From assembly GCA_963768855.1 (NCBI GenBank), contig CAVYJM010000007.1:1-64000 (forward strand): a stretch of DNA of 64,000 bases, written 5' to 3'. A program made the position numbers and the translations under genes. Of this stretch, positions 33,517-43,864 are shown piece by piece; positions within the stretch are counted from its first letter, which is position 1; each line of letters starts with the position of its first letter. The notes beneath the pieces are model-generated. The model had not been told where the DNA came from and did not search any database. It saw nothing but the letters and a program-made list of their open reading frames with translations. The stretch is from an uncultured Thermoplasmata archaeon (GTDB lineage Archaea > Thermoplasmatota > Thermoplasmata > RBG-16-68-12).

Positions 33517-34728
33517 GTGGCCGGAGATCGCCGCGTCCTCCTGGTGAACAGCGTCTACCACCTCACGAACGACGGCGCGGTGCAGGTCCTCTCCGGGCAG
33601 ATCGCGATCCTGACCGGCGTCTTCGCGTTCGGGCCGTTCGAGACAGGCATCCTGGCCGGGACCTCCCTCCTCGTGAACGCGATCGTCCAGGTCCTCACCG
33701 GCGTGATGAGCGACCGCCGCGATCCGTCCCGGTTCCTGCCGTTCGGCATCCTGATCGTCGGCGTAGCGAGCTTCCTCGTGGCGGCGGCCACCTCGTTTTG
33801 GGCGCTCCTCCTCTTCGTGTCCCTCCTCCGCGTCGGCGCGAGCTTCTACCACCCGGTCGGCATGTCGTGGATCGGCCGCGAGTTCGCGCCCGAGGAGCTC
33901 GACCGGTCCATGGGCTTCCAGTCCGGCTTCGGCGACGCGGGCGAGGTGCTCGGGACCGCGACGGGAGCGATCGTCGGCATCGCCTGGGGATGGCAGTGGG
34001 GCTTCGCGATCTGGGGCGTGACCAATCTCGCCGCGGTCGCGTTCGGCCTCATCCTCGTGCGGGGCCATCCGTCCCCGCCCGTGTCCCGCTCCCCGATCCA
34101 GTGGCGGGACCTCTGGCGCTCGATGTGGGACGTGAGGTTCTGGCTCCTCCCGCTCGCAATCGGGAGCGTGAGCTACAACGTGATCGCTTTGTTCGGGCCG
34201 CAGCTCCTGCACGAGGTCTACGGCGTCAACGCCGGAGTCGCGGGGCTCGTGGTGGCCGTCTGGCTCGGAATCGGGACGGTCATCGCTCTCTCGTTCGGCC
34301 GCCTGAGCCGCCGCTTCGGGCGCTTCGGATTGACCGTGTTCGCGTACGCGGCCGTAGGGTTCGCTTGCCTGGGGGCCGCCACCTTGGGCAACGAGTGGCT
34401 CATCTTGGCGGTGCTCTGGACCCTGGGCGCAGGAATCTTCCTGACCTACCCCGCGCTGTTCGCGTTCGCCTCCCAGGCGAGCCACCGCCAACTCCAGGGA
34501 GCCGCCTTCGGCCTCGTGTTCTTCTTCCAGCTCCTTGGCGGGGCGATCGGCTCATTCGTCGCAGGCGCCCTGTCGAATGTCTTCTCCTCGAGTCCGCTGC
34601 TGACCTACACCGCGCCGTTCTGGTTCGCCTCGGTCGTCTCCCTGGCCACGGCCGTGTACCTGATCGTCCTCCGCAAGCGGGCGACTCCGGCTGACGCTCC
34701 GAGACCCCCGACCTCCCCTGCACCATAG
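33517..34728 (+). CDS. MFS transporter
   Basis: 12 TM helices; GVMSDRRD and GRLSRRFGR loop motifs. Confidence 0.85.
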   Translation: MAGDRRVLLVNSVYHLTNDGAVQVLSGQIAILTGVFAFGPFETGILAGTSLLVNAIVQVLTGVMSDRRDPSRFLPFGILIVGVASFLVAAATSFWALLLFVSLLRVGASFYHPVGMSWIGREFAPEELDRSMGFQSGFGDAGEVLGTATGAIVGIAWGWQWGFAIWGVTNLAAVAFGLILVRGHPSPPVSRSPIQWRDLWRSMWDVRFWLLPLAIGSVSYNVIALFGPQLLHEVYGVNAGVAGLVVAVWLGIGTVIALSFGRLSRRFGRFGLTVFAYAAVGFACLGAATLGNEWLILAVLWTLGAGIFLTYPALFAFASQASHRQLQGAAFGLVFFFQLLGGAIGSFVAGALSNVFSSSPLLTYTAPFWFASVVSLATAVYLIVLRKRATPADAPRPPTSPAP

Positions 34729-34732
34729 GGGC

Positions 34733-35146
34733 CTAAGGCAGGATCGGCGCGGGCTTCGCCCAGAACTGGGCCAGGATACCGAGCGCGATCCCTGCGATCG
34801 CGGGAAGCACCGCGAGCAGATACGAAAAATCCTCGCTCACCAGGTTCCTCGCGAGGAACAGGATGAGCGTGATGAGTCCCGCGCCGGACCCGAGGACGAT
34901 CAGGATGCGACCCGTCCGCACCCGGTCCATCGAGATGAAGTACGCGCCGAAGAGGACCGCGACGCCGCCAAGCGCTGCGATGCCGCCGAAGACCCGTGAC
35001 AGGAGGAGGAGGGCGGGCTGCGGGCCGAACCAGCTCTCGAGGAGCTCGAAGAAGTGGTCGACCCCGGCGAGCCCGGAGTACCCGACGACCAGCAGGAGGA
35101 CCCCGCCGGCCACGGCCAGGATCGCGGCCTGGGTGTTGACCTTCAT
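34733..35146 (-). CDS. Hypothetical membrane protein (4 TM)
   Basis: 137-aa hydrophobic ORF directly downstream of tyrS. Confidence 0.65.
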   Translation of the reverse strand: MKVNTQAAILAVAGGVLLLVVGYSGLAGVDHFFELLESWFGPQPALLLLSRVFGGIAALGGVAVLFGAYFISMDRVRTGRILIVLGSGAGLITLILFLARNLVSEDFSYLLAVLPAIAGIALGILAQFWAKPAPILP

Positions 35147-35149
35147 CGG

Positions 35150-36199
35150 TCACCGCTTCGCGACGAGGGCCTGCATCGCCTTGAGGTTCGCCGGGTGGGC
35201 TTCGAAGTACCGATGCACGGGCGCGAGCTCTGCGTTCAGGGCGGCCGCGACGCCGGCCTTCAGGTCCTTGGGGTGCAGCTCGCCCTTGGCGTACACCCCG
35301 GAAAGCTCCGCGCACGACCTGAAGGTGACGTCCCCGCCGAACTTCGCCTCGCGGGAGATCGTTAACGAGCCTCGCCGCGGGAACAGGATGAGCTTCGCGA
35401 TCCCGAGTACGGGGTTGTCCTCCGTGTCCTTCGGCGGGCAGAAGGCCTTCCCGATCTTCCGCTCGACCTCCGCGGGCGCGTCGTTGATCAGGATGCTCGC
35501 GTCGGGCTTCGACTTGGACATCTTGCCCTCGACGGGGTCCATCCGGCCTCCGCCCTCCAGACCCGGGAGGAGCGGCGTGTGCAGAGCCACGACCTGCTTC
35601 CAGCCGAGCCGCGGCGCGACGTCCCGGTAGAGCATGTGCGCGTGCCGCTGGTCCATGCCGCCGTACGCGAGGTCGAGGTCCATCCAGGAGATGTCCGCGA
35701 CCTGCATGGCGGGATAGATGAGCTTCGAGGCGTCGAGGTCCGCCTCTTCCTCCTTGCGGCCCATGATCGTGAGCGCACGCCGGATCCGCGCGACGGTCGA
35801 GACCTTGGAGACGGAGATGACCTTCTGCCAGTACTCCGGGTGCTTCACGAACTCGTTCGCATAGAGGAACTCGACCGTGTCCGGGACGCCGAGCGCCCGG
35901 AAGCCGTCCCGGAAGTACTCGGCGCAGACCTGGATCGCCTCCAGGCTCCCGCCGAACTTGTCGTTGATGTACGCGTGCCAGTCCGCGAGGAAGATGATCG
36001 CGTGGAACCCCGCCTCCACGAGATCCGCGATCTTCTGGCCGACGATGAACCCCGTGCCGATGTGCATGAGTCCGGAGGGTTCGAGCCCGACGTACGCGCG
36101 CGGCGTGCCGCCCTTCTCCAGGAGCGCCCGCGCCTCCTCGCGTGTGACGACCTCCTCGGTCCCGCGGAGCACGAGGCCCAGCCGGTCCTCCGTCGTCAT
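35150..36199 (-). CDS. tyrS: Tyrosine--tRNA ligase (archaeal type)
   Basis: YVGLEPSGLMHIG, ADWHA, YPAMQVAD, GGMDQR, KMSKS. Confidence 0.95.
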   Translation of the reverse strand: MTTEDRLGLVLRGTEEVVTREEARALLEKGGTPRAYVGLEPSGLMHIGTGFIVGQKIADLVEAGFHAIIFLADWHAYINDKFGGSLEAIQVCAEYFRDGFRALGVPDTVEFLYANEFVKHPEYWQKVISVSKVSTVARIRRALTIMGRKEEEADLDASKLIYPAMQVADISWMDLDLAYGGMDQRHAHMLYRDVAPRLGWKQVVALHTPLLPGLEGGGRMDPVEGKMSKSKPDASILINDAPAEVERKIGKAFCPPKDTEDNPVLGIAKLILFPRRGSLTISREAKFGGDVTFRSCAELSGVYAKGELHPKDLKAGVAAALNAELAPVHRYFEAHPANLKAMQALVAKR

Positions 36200-36234
36200 C
36201 GGGCCACGGAACCGGCGTGGGCGGGATAAACCTT

Positions 36235-36621
36235 TCAGCCCTGCCGCTTGCGCTGGGCCTTGTCCTTGAGGTTCCGGGCGGCGCGCTCCGTCGCATCCGC
36301 GACTTTCTCGACCGCCGGGCTGACGGCCTTGACGGTCTTGTCCGCGGCGTCCTTCGTCACCTGGAAGGCCTTGTCCGCCGCGGGCTTGAGCGCGCGGGTC
36401 GTGTCTTCGAACGCGGGGCGGATTGCCTTGACCGCCCTGTCAACGGTCGGTTCGACCGCCTTGGCGGCGCGGTCGAGCGCCCGGCCCGCCGTGTCGACGA
36501 CGTCCTTCGTGACGCGGGTCACGGTCTTCACGACATGGTCCACCGGGTCCACGACCGCAGCGCACTGGGTGCAGTAGGTGGCATTGGCCGGGAGCGCGGA
36601 TCCGCACTGGGGACAGTACAT
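36235..36621 (-). CDS. Zinc-ribbon protein with an amphipathic helical-repeat C-terminus
   Basis: CPQC...CTQC followed by A/V/K/D-rich ~11-mer-like repeats. Confidence 0.7.
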   Translation of the reverse strand: MYCPQCGSALPANATYCTQCAAVVDPVDHVVKTVTRVTKDVVDTAGRALDRAAKAVEPTVDRAVKAIRPAFEDTTRALKPAADKAFQVTKDAADKTVKAVSPAVEKVADATERAARNLKDKAQRKRQG

Positions 36622-36700
36622 CGGGTTCACCAGGTCTCCCTATGCCTTCCGCCTCTAATCCCTTTCCCTCGCCGGTGTCAAGAGACCGACATCCTCGCCC

Positions 36701-37120
36701 TCATTTGAGCGCTTCGCGGGCGGTCGCGAACTTGTTCGCATGCGCGTACTCCGCCTTCGTCAGGACGTCGAAGTACTTCGCAATCTCCTCGAATCCTTCC
36801 TCCCGCGCCACCTTCGCGAAGGAAGGGTACATCGTCGTGTACTCGTACGTCTCGCCGACAACGGAGGAGTTCAGCATCTCCCGCACGCTCGCGACGCTCT
36901 CGCCCGTGACCGGATCGCCCATCTCCTTCATCGAGTCGAAGTGGTGGAACGCGTGGGCCGTCTCGCCTTCCGCGATGCCCTTGAACAGGGCCGCCACTTC
37001 CGGGTAACCCTCCTCGTCCGCCTTGCGCGAGAAGTAGAGGTAGCGGCGGTTTGCCTGCGCCTCGCCGGCGAATGCGGTCTTGAGGTTCTCCAGCGTCTTG
37101 GTTTCCTTCAAACTGGCCAT
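36701..37120 (-). CDS. rbr: Rubrerythrin family protein (no rubredoxin domain)
   Basis: TLENLKTAFAGEAQANRRY, EETAHA, GETYEYTTMYP, AEYAHA. Confidence 0.9.
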   Translation of the reverse strand: MASLKETKTLENLKTAFAGEAQANRRYLYFSRKADEEGYPEVAALFKGIAEGETAHAFHHFDSMKEMGDPVTGESVASVREMLNSSVVGETYEYTTMYPSFAKVAREEGFEEIAKYFDVLTKAEYAHANKFATAREALK

Positions 37121-37244
37121 GTCATCGGACTCCTTGGTCGGATCGCTGTTGGATGCGGTCACGCATCCCCGCTCCCCTTCCGGGCCGCCTCCTAAAGGAG
37201 ATGACGCAAGTAGAGTACGTAGTTGGGCCCGAGGAAGCCGGAAG

Positions 37245-38291
37245 TCAGGGCGACGTCGGTGCCCGCGGGCGTCGCTTCACGCGGGCTTCCAGGACGGCAT
37301 GGACGATGCCCGGGGCGTACGACTTGAGGATCCGCGAGTGGACGGACTCGACGTCGTACCAGTGGCGCCGGGCGCCTTCCGTCAGGTGAGCGATGGGCGT
37401 CTTGGGGAACTGCTCTCTCGGGCAGAGCTCATGGTACACGACGAGCCCGGCACCCCGGAGGGAATCGAATGCGACGTCGAGGTACTCCGATGCGGAGAAA
37501 TGACCCATGATCACGACGTCCGCGATCCCGCGGGGCGCTGTGCTCCGGCAGTCGCCGAAGAGGGGCACCACGTTCGAGGCCCGGTTGATTCGCAGGTTCT
37601 CAAGCAGGTAGTGGTAGGCAACCGGGCTCAGCTCGCACGCGTAGACCGCGGCGGGCCGGGCATGCACCGCGATCGGGAGCGTGAAGTAGCCGATCCCCGC
37701 GAACAGGTCGACGACCACCGCTCCATCGCGGATCTTGGACGGGATCGACGTCCGCTCGGGAAGGTTGCCCGAGGAGAACATGATCTTCGCGACGTCGAAC
37801 GCGTACTGGACGCCGCCTTCGACGTGCACAACTTCCATTCCCCGGCCCCAGAGGACGCGGACCTCCGGCGTGCGGAGGACGCCATGGATCCCGGAGCGGT
37901 CCTCGACCACCGTGCGGGCGTCCAGGACCTCGGCGAATGCGGCCCCGATCGCCGCATCGTACCGCTGGGCCGCCTCGGAGAGCCGCACGACGACCAAGTC
38001 CCCGAGCCGCTCCCATTTCGTGGGCGCCACCTCCGGGGGCACGCCGTACCGGTGGAGGCGCTCACGGAGCTCCGCGCGGGGGTCCCGGGCGGATGGCCGG
38101 GGGATCGGATTCGTGTACTCCTCCATGCGAGCGGAATAGGGAGCGAGCGGGATGCTCGGCTCGGCGGTGACCGGGATCACGACCTCGGTTCCGCGTTTCA
38201 CGATCCGGACCGAGCGGTCGACGATCCCGAGGTGATGGAGCTCCCGGCGCAGGTCCTCCGCTCGGAAAGCGGGGACGACCACGGACCGCAT
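37245..38291 (-). CDS. taw2: tRNA(Phe) wyosine-pathway SAM-dependent transferase, Taw2/TYW2 (Trm5-like) family
   Basis: KWERLGD, MFSSGNLPER, VVVDLFAGIGYFTL, ELSP.AY..L..N...N. Start set at ATG 38291. Confidence 0.75.
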   Translation of the reverse strand: MRSVVVPAFRAEDLRRELHHLGIVDRSVRIVKRGTEVVIPVTAEPSIPLAPYSARMEEYTNPIPRPSARDPRAELRERLHRYGVPPEVAPTKWERLGDLVVVRLSEAAQRYDAAIGAAFAEVLDARTVVEDRSGIHGVLRTPEVRVLWGRGMEVVHVEGGVQYAFDVAKIMFSSGNLPERTSIPSKIRDGAVVVDLFAGIGYFTLPIAVHARPAAVYACELSPVAYHYLLENLRINRASNVVPLFGDCRSTAPRGIADVVIMGHFSASEYLDVAFDSLRGAGLVVYHELCPREQFPKTPIAHLTEGARRHWYDVESVHSRILKSYAPGIVHAVLEARVKRRPRAPTSP

Positions 38292-38381
38292 CCCGTGAAC
38301 GAACGGTCGCGAGACTATCTCTCTTTCCTTCCGGCTCGAGTCTCGATATCTATATGAGGCTCCTTCCGCTTCGCGCGACTC

Positions 38382-39269
38382 ATGCGGGCGCCCGCCACGG
38401 CCGCCGCCCTTCTCCTTGTCTTCGTCCTCCTTTCGGCCACGGCGCGGGCCGGCGTCGCGCCCACGGCGATCGGAAGTCCGCCCAAGGCCGCCGCGGAGGA
38501 TTTCGGCGCGGTGGGCCGGGTCAACCACCTGATCAACGTGACCTCGACGCCCCAGCTTGAGCCCGGCCAGAGCGGCGACTTCGTGTTCAACTTCACCTCG
38601 ACGTACCCCGCCGGCATGACGATGTTCAACGTCTCGCTCAACATCGGCATCTACCGGTACGCGACGATCGAGTCCTCGGTCCCCGTCGACGCGAACTGGT
38701 CCTATCCGTATCCGCGCATCGCCCAGACGGGCACGCGGGAGTGGCCGTGGACGAACGCTTCCGTGGCTCCGGGGAGCGCCCGGCAGCTCTCCTTCACGAT
38801 CGTGACCTCCGCGGACTCGAACCTCATGCCCTCCGGATCGGTCTTCTCCCAGGCGAGCTACTTCCTTCGAATGGGGCTCACGTTCGACGGCAATGTCAGC
38901 GGCAACTTGACTCACTTCCGGATGGCTTCGCTCGGCTTCTTCAGCGCGGCGACTTGGGCCCTCGCGACGAACGAGAGTTCGATCACCCCCTGCAATCCGC
39001 CCTGGTGCCGGGGGAACCTGAACCTGACGATCCTGAACGTCGACGGCGTCCTCCCGGACATATCCTTCGGCGTGAAGCAGCCGATCCCGCAGTGGCCGTT
39101 CTACCTCCTGATCGCCCTGGCCGTCGTCTTCGTCGTCCTCGCGTTCCTCTTCTGGGTCGAGGAGAACCCGGGGACGTACCCGCGCGTGGAGACCTGGTGG
39201 GCGCGTCAGCGGGGGCGAATCGCCCGGGTGCGCCCGAGGCGGCGGCGAAAGGAGAAAGGGAGTCCCTAG
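38382..39269 (+). CDS. Secreted, C-terminally anchored hypothetical protein
   Basis: Signal peptide, beta-rich body with N-glycosylation sequons, C-terminal TM helix and basic tail. Confidence 0.7.
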   Translation: MRAPATAAALLLVFVLLSATARAGVAPTAIGSPPKAAAEDFGAVGRVNHLINVTSTPQLEPGQSGDFVFNFTSTYPAGMTMFNVSLNIGIYRYATIESSVPVDANWSYPYPRIAQTGTREWPWTNASVAPGSARQLSFTIVTSADSNLMPSGSVFSQASYFLRMGLTFDGNVSGNLTHFRMASLGFFSAATWALATNESSITPCNPPWCRGNLNLTILNVDGVLPDISFGVKQPIPQWPFYLLIALAVVFVVLAFLFWVEENPGTYPRVETWWARQRGRIARVRPRRRRKEKGSP

Positions 39270-39347
39270 CCGTTTCCGCCCGCGGTGGCTCCGGGAGACG
39301 GGTTGCGGGTCGAAAGGTTTTTAGCCGCCTCCCCTTTGGCACGGTCC

Positions 39348-39548
39348 GTGACGGAGGTCGAATTCCCCCACCGGGTCGCGTTCCTGTTCTACCTCGCCCT
39401 GTTCATGGCCGGGGTCATCTTCTACCTCGTTTGGGGATTCCTCTATGGGGCGTGGAACCTCTTCGCGGCGGACTGGATCGGGGCGTACGCGGTGACCGTG
39501 ATCCTCGTCGGCTTCGGGCTCGTCGGGATGCTTCTCTACAAGGATTGA
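39348..39548 (+). CDS. Small two-TM membrane protein
   Basis: 66 aa from GTG 39348. Confidence 0.6.
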   Translation: MTEVEFPHRVAFLFYLALFMAGVIFYLVWGFLYGAWNLFAADWIGAYAVTVILVGFGLVGMLLYKD

Positions 39549-39585
39549 GGGATTCCGCCAGCAGGTCTTTGCCGCCTAACGGGAG

Positions 39586-39735
39586 ATGGCCTCCCGAAAC
39601 GAGGGATGCAGTGGAGTCCGGCCACCGGGCTCCGGTGCCCGGCATCACAGAGGGTACGAGATCGATCTCCACGAGGACGGCATGGCCCGGTGCCGTGCGT
39701 GCGGCCGCGTGTCCGCGCCGCGAAGCCCGCGCTGA
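39586..39735 (+). CDS. Putative 49-aa Cys/His microprotein (not in the track)
   Basis: GGGAG-ATG; MASRNEGC...RHHRGYEIDLHEDGMARCRACGRVSAPRSPR*. Confidence 0.35.
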   Translation: MASRNEGCSGVRPPGSGARHHRGYEIDLHEDGMARCRACGRVSAPRSPR

Positions 39736-39815
39736 TCGTCGTAGGGTATCGGCTGAGCGTGGCGTGAACCGCGGCAGGGGTGATCGCCCACGCGGATTGT
39801 AGGAGCCGGCCAGCG

Positions 39816-41210
39816 TCAGTACGCCTTCGCGGCATAGACGAATTGTAGGGTGGGCTTGCCGCAGATGGCGCATGCGCCGTTGAACTCCTCCGGGTAGAAC
39901 GGAGTCCCGAGGACGTTCATCCCCGTCCGGTCCGAAATCGCCTTCCCGCACTCTTCGGTCCCGCACCACCCCACGCGGTTGATCCCGTCCTTCGCATCCT
40001 CGAGCTTCGTGATCGTGAACGTGTTCTCCCGGAGGGACTTCTCCGCGCGGTCCCACATATCGATCTGCATGAGTTCGAGCACGGAGCGCAAGCGGTCCGG
40101 CAGGCCCTCCCGCGGCAGCTCCCGCTTCTGACCGGTGTCCCGGCGGACGACGGTCACGGCCTGCTTCGCGATGTCGCGCGGGCCGAGCTCCACGCGGACC
40201 GGAACGCCGCGGGCTTCCCAGTAGTAGTACTTGTCGCCCGGCCGGACATCCCGGTCGTCGAGCTTCACGCGCATCCGCTCGCGCAGTTCCATGAAGAGCC
40301 GCTGCGCCTCGAGGAGGATCTCCTCCTGACGTCCCTTCTCCAGGATCGGCACGACGACCGCTTGGACGGGGGCGACCGCGGGAGGCAGGACGATCCCTTT
40401 CTCGTCCCCATGGATTGACAGGATCGCGCCCAGGATCCGCTCGCTCATGCCGTCCGTCGTTTGGTGGACGTACGTGTGCTCGCCTTTCTCCGTCTCGTAG
40501 GTGACGTCGTAGACCTTTGCGAAGTTGTCGCGGTACTGATGGAACGTCGCGACCTGTAGCGCGCGGCCGGAGGGCAGGAGCGTGTCCGCGCCAAGGCTGT
40601 AGTGCGCGCCGGGGAACTTGTCCCAGTCGGGACGCCGCGAGACCAGGTAGGGCAGCGCGAGCAGCCGCATGAGGCGCTCGTTGATCTGGAGGTCCTCGCG
40701 GATCTGCTGCTCCGCGTCCTCGAACGTCGCGTGGGCCGTGTGGGACTCGAAGAAGTGGATTTCCCGCACGCGCACGAACGACCGCGTCATCTTCGTCTCA
40801 TAGCGGAAGACCGGCACGATCTGGTAGACCTTGAGCGGAAGGTCTGCATGGCTCCTCACCCAGATCTTGAACATGGGGTACATCGCGGTCTCGGACGTCG
40901 GGCGGAGGACGAGGCGCACGTCGAGTTCGTTCACGCCACCGTGGGTGACCCAGAAGACCTCGCCCTCGAAGCCCTTGACGTGCTCGGCCTCCTTCTGGAA
41001 CTCCGTCTCGGGGATCAGGACCGGGAAGTTGACCTCGCCGTGTCCCGTGGCGTCGAACTCCTCGCGCATCGCGTGGTCGATGAGCTTCATGATCGACCAA
41101 CCGTAGGGCCGCCAGACGTTCATGCCCTTGATCGGGTAGCGCTTGTCGCTGAGCTCGGCCTTCTCGATGATCTCGTTGTACCAGTCGGAGAATTCCTCTT
41201 CCTTTCGCAT
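39816..41210 (-). CDS. proS: Proline--tRNA ligase (archaeal/eukaryal type)
   Basis: FSDWYNE, LRPTSET, FRYETK, EIHFFE, C-terminal AKAY. Start at ATG 41210. Confidence 0.95.
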   Translation of the reverse strand: MRKEEEFSDWYNEIIEKAELSDKRYPIKGMNVWRPYGWSIMKLIDHAMREEFDATGHGEVNFPVLIPETEFQKEAEHVKGFEGEVFWVTHGGVNELDVRLVLRPTSETAMYPMFKIWVRSHADLPLKVYQIVPVFRYETKMTRSFVRVREIHFFESHTAHATFEDAEQQIREDLQINERLMRLLALPYLVSRRPDWDKFPGAHYSLGADTLLPSGRALQVATFHQYRDNFAKVYDVTYETEKGEHTYVHQTTDGMSERILGAILSIHGDEKGIVLPPAVAPVQAVVVPILEKGRQEEILLEAQRLFMELRERMRVKLDDRDVRPGDKYYYWEARGVPVRVELGPRDIAKQAVTVVRRDTGQKRELPREGLPDRLRSVLELMQIDMWDRAEKSLRENTFTITKLEDAKDGINRVGWCGTEECGKAISDRTGMNVLGTPFYPEEFNGACAICGKPTLQFVYAAKAY

Positions 41211-41295
41211 GGGACGCACGGCGAAGGAGAGGGTCGGATAATACTTTTCCGGTGAAGGCACCGCGGGACACAAGCACCCGAGCTCTCGGTCATTC

Positions 41296-42855
41296 TCAAG
41301 GCGAACGGGTGAACGGGTGCCCGCAGTAGAAGCAGCTCGTGTCGCTCTCCTGGACCGTGGTGTGGCACTGAGGACACACCTTCGTGCCCGCGGCGGACGG
41401 TCTCTCGGCCGCGCCTGCGCTCGGCGCGGCGGCGGGAGGCGACGTGGTCGGAGGCGGCGGGCGCTGCGGGGTTTGCGGAGCTTCGGCCTTCCTGTGGGCT
41501 CGGCGGTAGGCCCAGAGGACAAAGACCGCGATTACGATGATGACCAGGATCGCCACGTAGGCCGAGTACGGCGTCGCCGGGGTCACGTTGAATGCTCGGG
41601 TCGCGTTCCCGTGGGCGCCGAACGGATCGACCGCCTCTACGGTGACGGTGGACCCGGGAGCATCGAGATCGGGGACGGTCCAGTCCACGGACGTCGCGCC
41701 GGTCGTGCCTCCAAGGAGTGAGACCGTGTTGCCTCGGACCGTGACGTTGACCCAGACCTTCAGGTAGGTGTTGACGAACACGTCATCCGTCATCGTCCAT
41801 CGAATCGAGAAGACCTGGCCGCCTTGGACGTTCTGGCCCGCGGTCGGCGCGGTGATCGTGACGACCGGGGGCGTCGCGGAGGGGAGGCCCGGCTCCGTCG
41901 CCAGCTGGAAGTCGGAGGGCGAGTTCGTGTCCGCGCACGAAGAGGACCGCTCGAGAATCTGCCCCGGGCCCGGCGCGGGCGCGCTGCCCAGGGCCGTGGA
42001 TCCGGGCTGCCAGTCGAGCGTCCCGCCAACCGTGGCGTTGAACTCGACGCGATCCACGACGATGTCGCCGCCGCTCGCGGAGGCCGCGGCGCCGCCCGGG
42101 TTGCGGTAGACGAGCTTGAGAGCGTCGCCGGTGGGCACGAGGCCGAACGCGGACGTGAGGTTCTCCTGGAGGATGGTGTCCGCAGAGACGGCGCCCGCGA
42201 GACTGAGGTTCGCACCGTAGTACGTCCCCGGCGCGTCGCGCTGGAGCAGGTAGTCGCTCAGAGAGACGGAACTGGAAGTCGGATTGCACAGGAACACGTA
42301 TGCGCTCCCGCCGCGGGCCGGCTGCGTCACAATCCCCTGGATCTTGAGCGGCTGCGGGGTCGTCGCGGGGGTGCCGAGGTGGAGATCCTGCGTGACCGTG
42401 AGGTCGGGATACCATGCGGAGGTTTCTTGGAACACGTCAACGGAGGTCGTGAAGTTGGAGGCGGCGTACATGAACCGCTCGCCCACGTTCGCGCCGTACT
42501 TCGTGGGGGATGGTTCGGGCGTCGTGGAGTTGATGAGCAGATTGCCCGCCGTCTGGACGGCGAAGGCGCCTGCGGCATTCGAGACGGTCGTGGGCTTCGA
42601 GTAGAAGACGCCGTCCACGAGCGTCGTGATGGGCGTCCCGGTCGGGAGAGGGGATCCGGACCGGTCGAAGGCGGTTCCCTGCGTCGTCATGGGAAGCGGC
42701 GGAGGCGCCTGCACGACGAGGACCCAGGATAGCGAGGCCACCATCATCGCGAGAAGGAGGAGCAGGATTCGCCCAGGCGTCCCGATCGCGGCACGACGCG
42801 GGCTCCGCGCGGTGGCCAATAGCCGCGCGAGCCACCGCCCGTTACTTATACCCAT
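41296..42855 (-). CDS. Secreted multidomain surface protein (lamin-tail-like and Ig-like domains, TM helix, cytoplasmic zinc ribbon)
   Basis: Signal/anchor; YVFLCNPTSSSVSLSDY (LTD-like); ITAPTAGQ..GG..F.I.W (Ig-like); TM helix; CPQC...CFYC. Start uncertain. Confidence 0.65.
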   Translation of the reverse strand: MGISNGRWLARLLATARSPRRAAIGTPGRILLLLLAMMVASLSWVLVVQAPPPLPMTTQGTAFDRSGSPLPTGTPITTLVDGVFYSKPTTVSNAAGAFAVQTAGNLLINSTTPEPSPTKYGANVGERFMYAASNFTTSVDVFQETSAWYPDLTVTQDLHLGTPATTPQPLKIQGIVTQPARGGSAYVFLCNPTSSSVSLSDYLLQRDAPGTYYGANLSLAGAVSADTILQENLTSAFGLVPTGDALKLVYRNPGGAAASASGGDIVVDRVEFNATVGGTLDWQPGSTALGSAPAPGPGQILERSSSCADTNSPSDFQLATEPGLPSATPPVVTITAPTAGQNVQGGQVFSIRWTMTDDVFVNTYLKVWVNVTVRGNTVSLLGGTTGATSVDWTVPDLDAPGSTVTVEAVDPFGAHGNATRAFNVTPATPYSAYVAILVIIVIAVFVLWAYRRAHRKAEAPQTPQRPPPPTTSPPAAAPSAGAAERPSAAGTKVCPQCHTTVQESDTSCFYCGHPFTRSP

Positions 42856-42964
42856 CGCCAAGATGGACCGGATGTCGAGACCGGCATGGGAAGTCTCGCA
42901 GGCGCTTCGCCTCCGAGAAAAGCTATAAGGGTTCCGCGCCATCGGCGGCCTCCCAAGGCGTCCC

Positions 42965-43864
42965 ATGGTCGAGATCGTCGAGTGCGTGCCGAATTTCTCC
43001 GAAGGACGACGCAAGGACGTCGTGGACGCAATCGCGGGGGCGATCTCTGCGGTCCCGGGCATTCGGCTCCTGGATCAAGAGATGGACGCGAGCCACAATC
43101 GATGCGTGATCACGTTCATCGGGGATCGCGCGAGTGTGGCGGAGGGGGCGATGGCGGGTGCCCGGCAGGCCGTCGCGCTCATCGACATGAATTCCCATCA
43201 CGGCGAGCATCCCCGCATGGGTGCGCTCGACGTGCTCCCGTTTGTCCCCGTTGCGGGCGTGACCCTCGACGAGTGCGTGCAGATTGCCCGGACGGTCGGC
43301 AAGCGGCTCGGCGAGGAGCTCGGCATCCCTGTCTTCTTGTACGAGGCCGCCGCGACGCGGCCGGACCGCAAGGACCTACCCACCGTCAGGCGCGGCGAGT
43401 ACGAGGGGCTGAAGGCGGAGATCGAGACGAACCCGGACCGCAAGCCCGATTTCGGCCCCGCGAAAATGCACCCCACCGCGGGCGCGACGGCGGTCGGCGC
43501 CCGGCCGATCCTGGTGGCCTGGAACGTGAACCTGGCGACGAAGGACGTGCGGGTCGCGAAGCGCATCGCGAAGGCCATCCGCGAGAGCGACGGGGGCCTC
43601 CCGGCCGTCCGGGCGAAGGGGTTCGAGCTCGCCGACCGCGGCCTCGTCCAGGTGTCGATGAACTTGCTCGACTACCACAAGACCTCCCCGCTTCGCGTGT
43701 TCGAGGAGATTCAGCGACTGGCGGCCGCCGAGGGCGTGACGATCGCCGAGAGCGAGGTGGTGGGGCTGACCCCGCTCGAACCGCTTCTCGAGGCCGCGAG
43801 CGCACACTTCAAACTCGCCAACTTCCACCGCGGTCAGATCCTGGAGGCGAGATTGTGGGAGTGA
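42965..43864 (+). CDS. ftcD: Glutamate formiminotransferase
   Basis: IVECVPNFSEGR, HNRCVITF, HPRMGALDV, VQVSMNL. Confidence 0.92.
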   Translation: MVEIVECVPNFSEGRRKDVVDAIAGAISAVPGIRLLDQEMDASHNRCVITFIGDRASVAEGAMAGARQAVALIDMNSHHGEHPRMGALDVLPFVPVAGVTLDECVQIARTVGKRLGEELGIPVFLYEAAATRPDRKDLPTVRRGEYEGLKAEIETNPDRKPDFGPAKMHPTAGATAVGARPILVAWNVNLATKDVRVAKRIAKAIRESDGGLPAVRAKGFELADRGLVQVSMNLLDYHKTSPLRVFEEIQRLAAAEGVTIAESEVVGLTPLEPLLEAASAHFKLANFHRGQILEARLWE

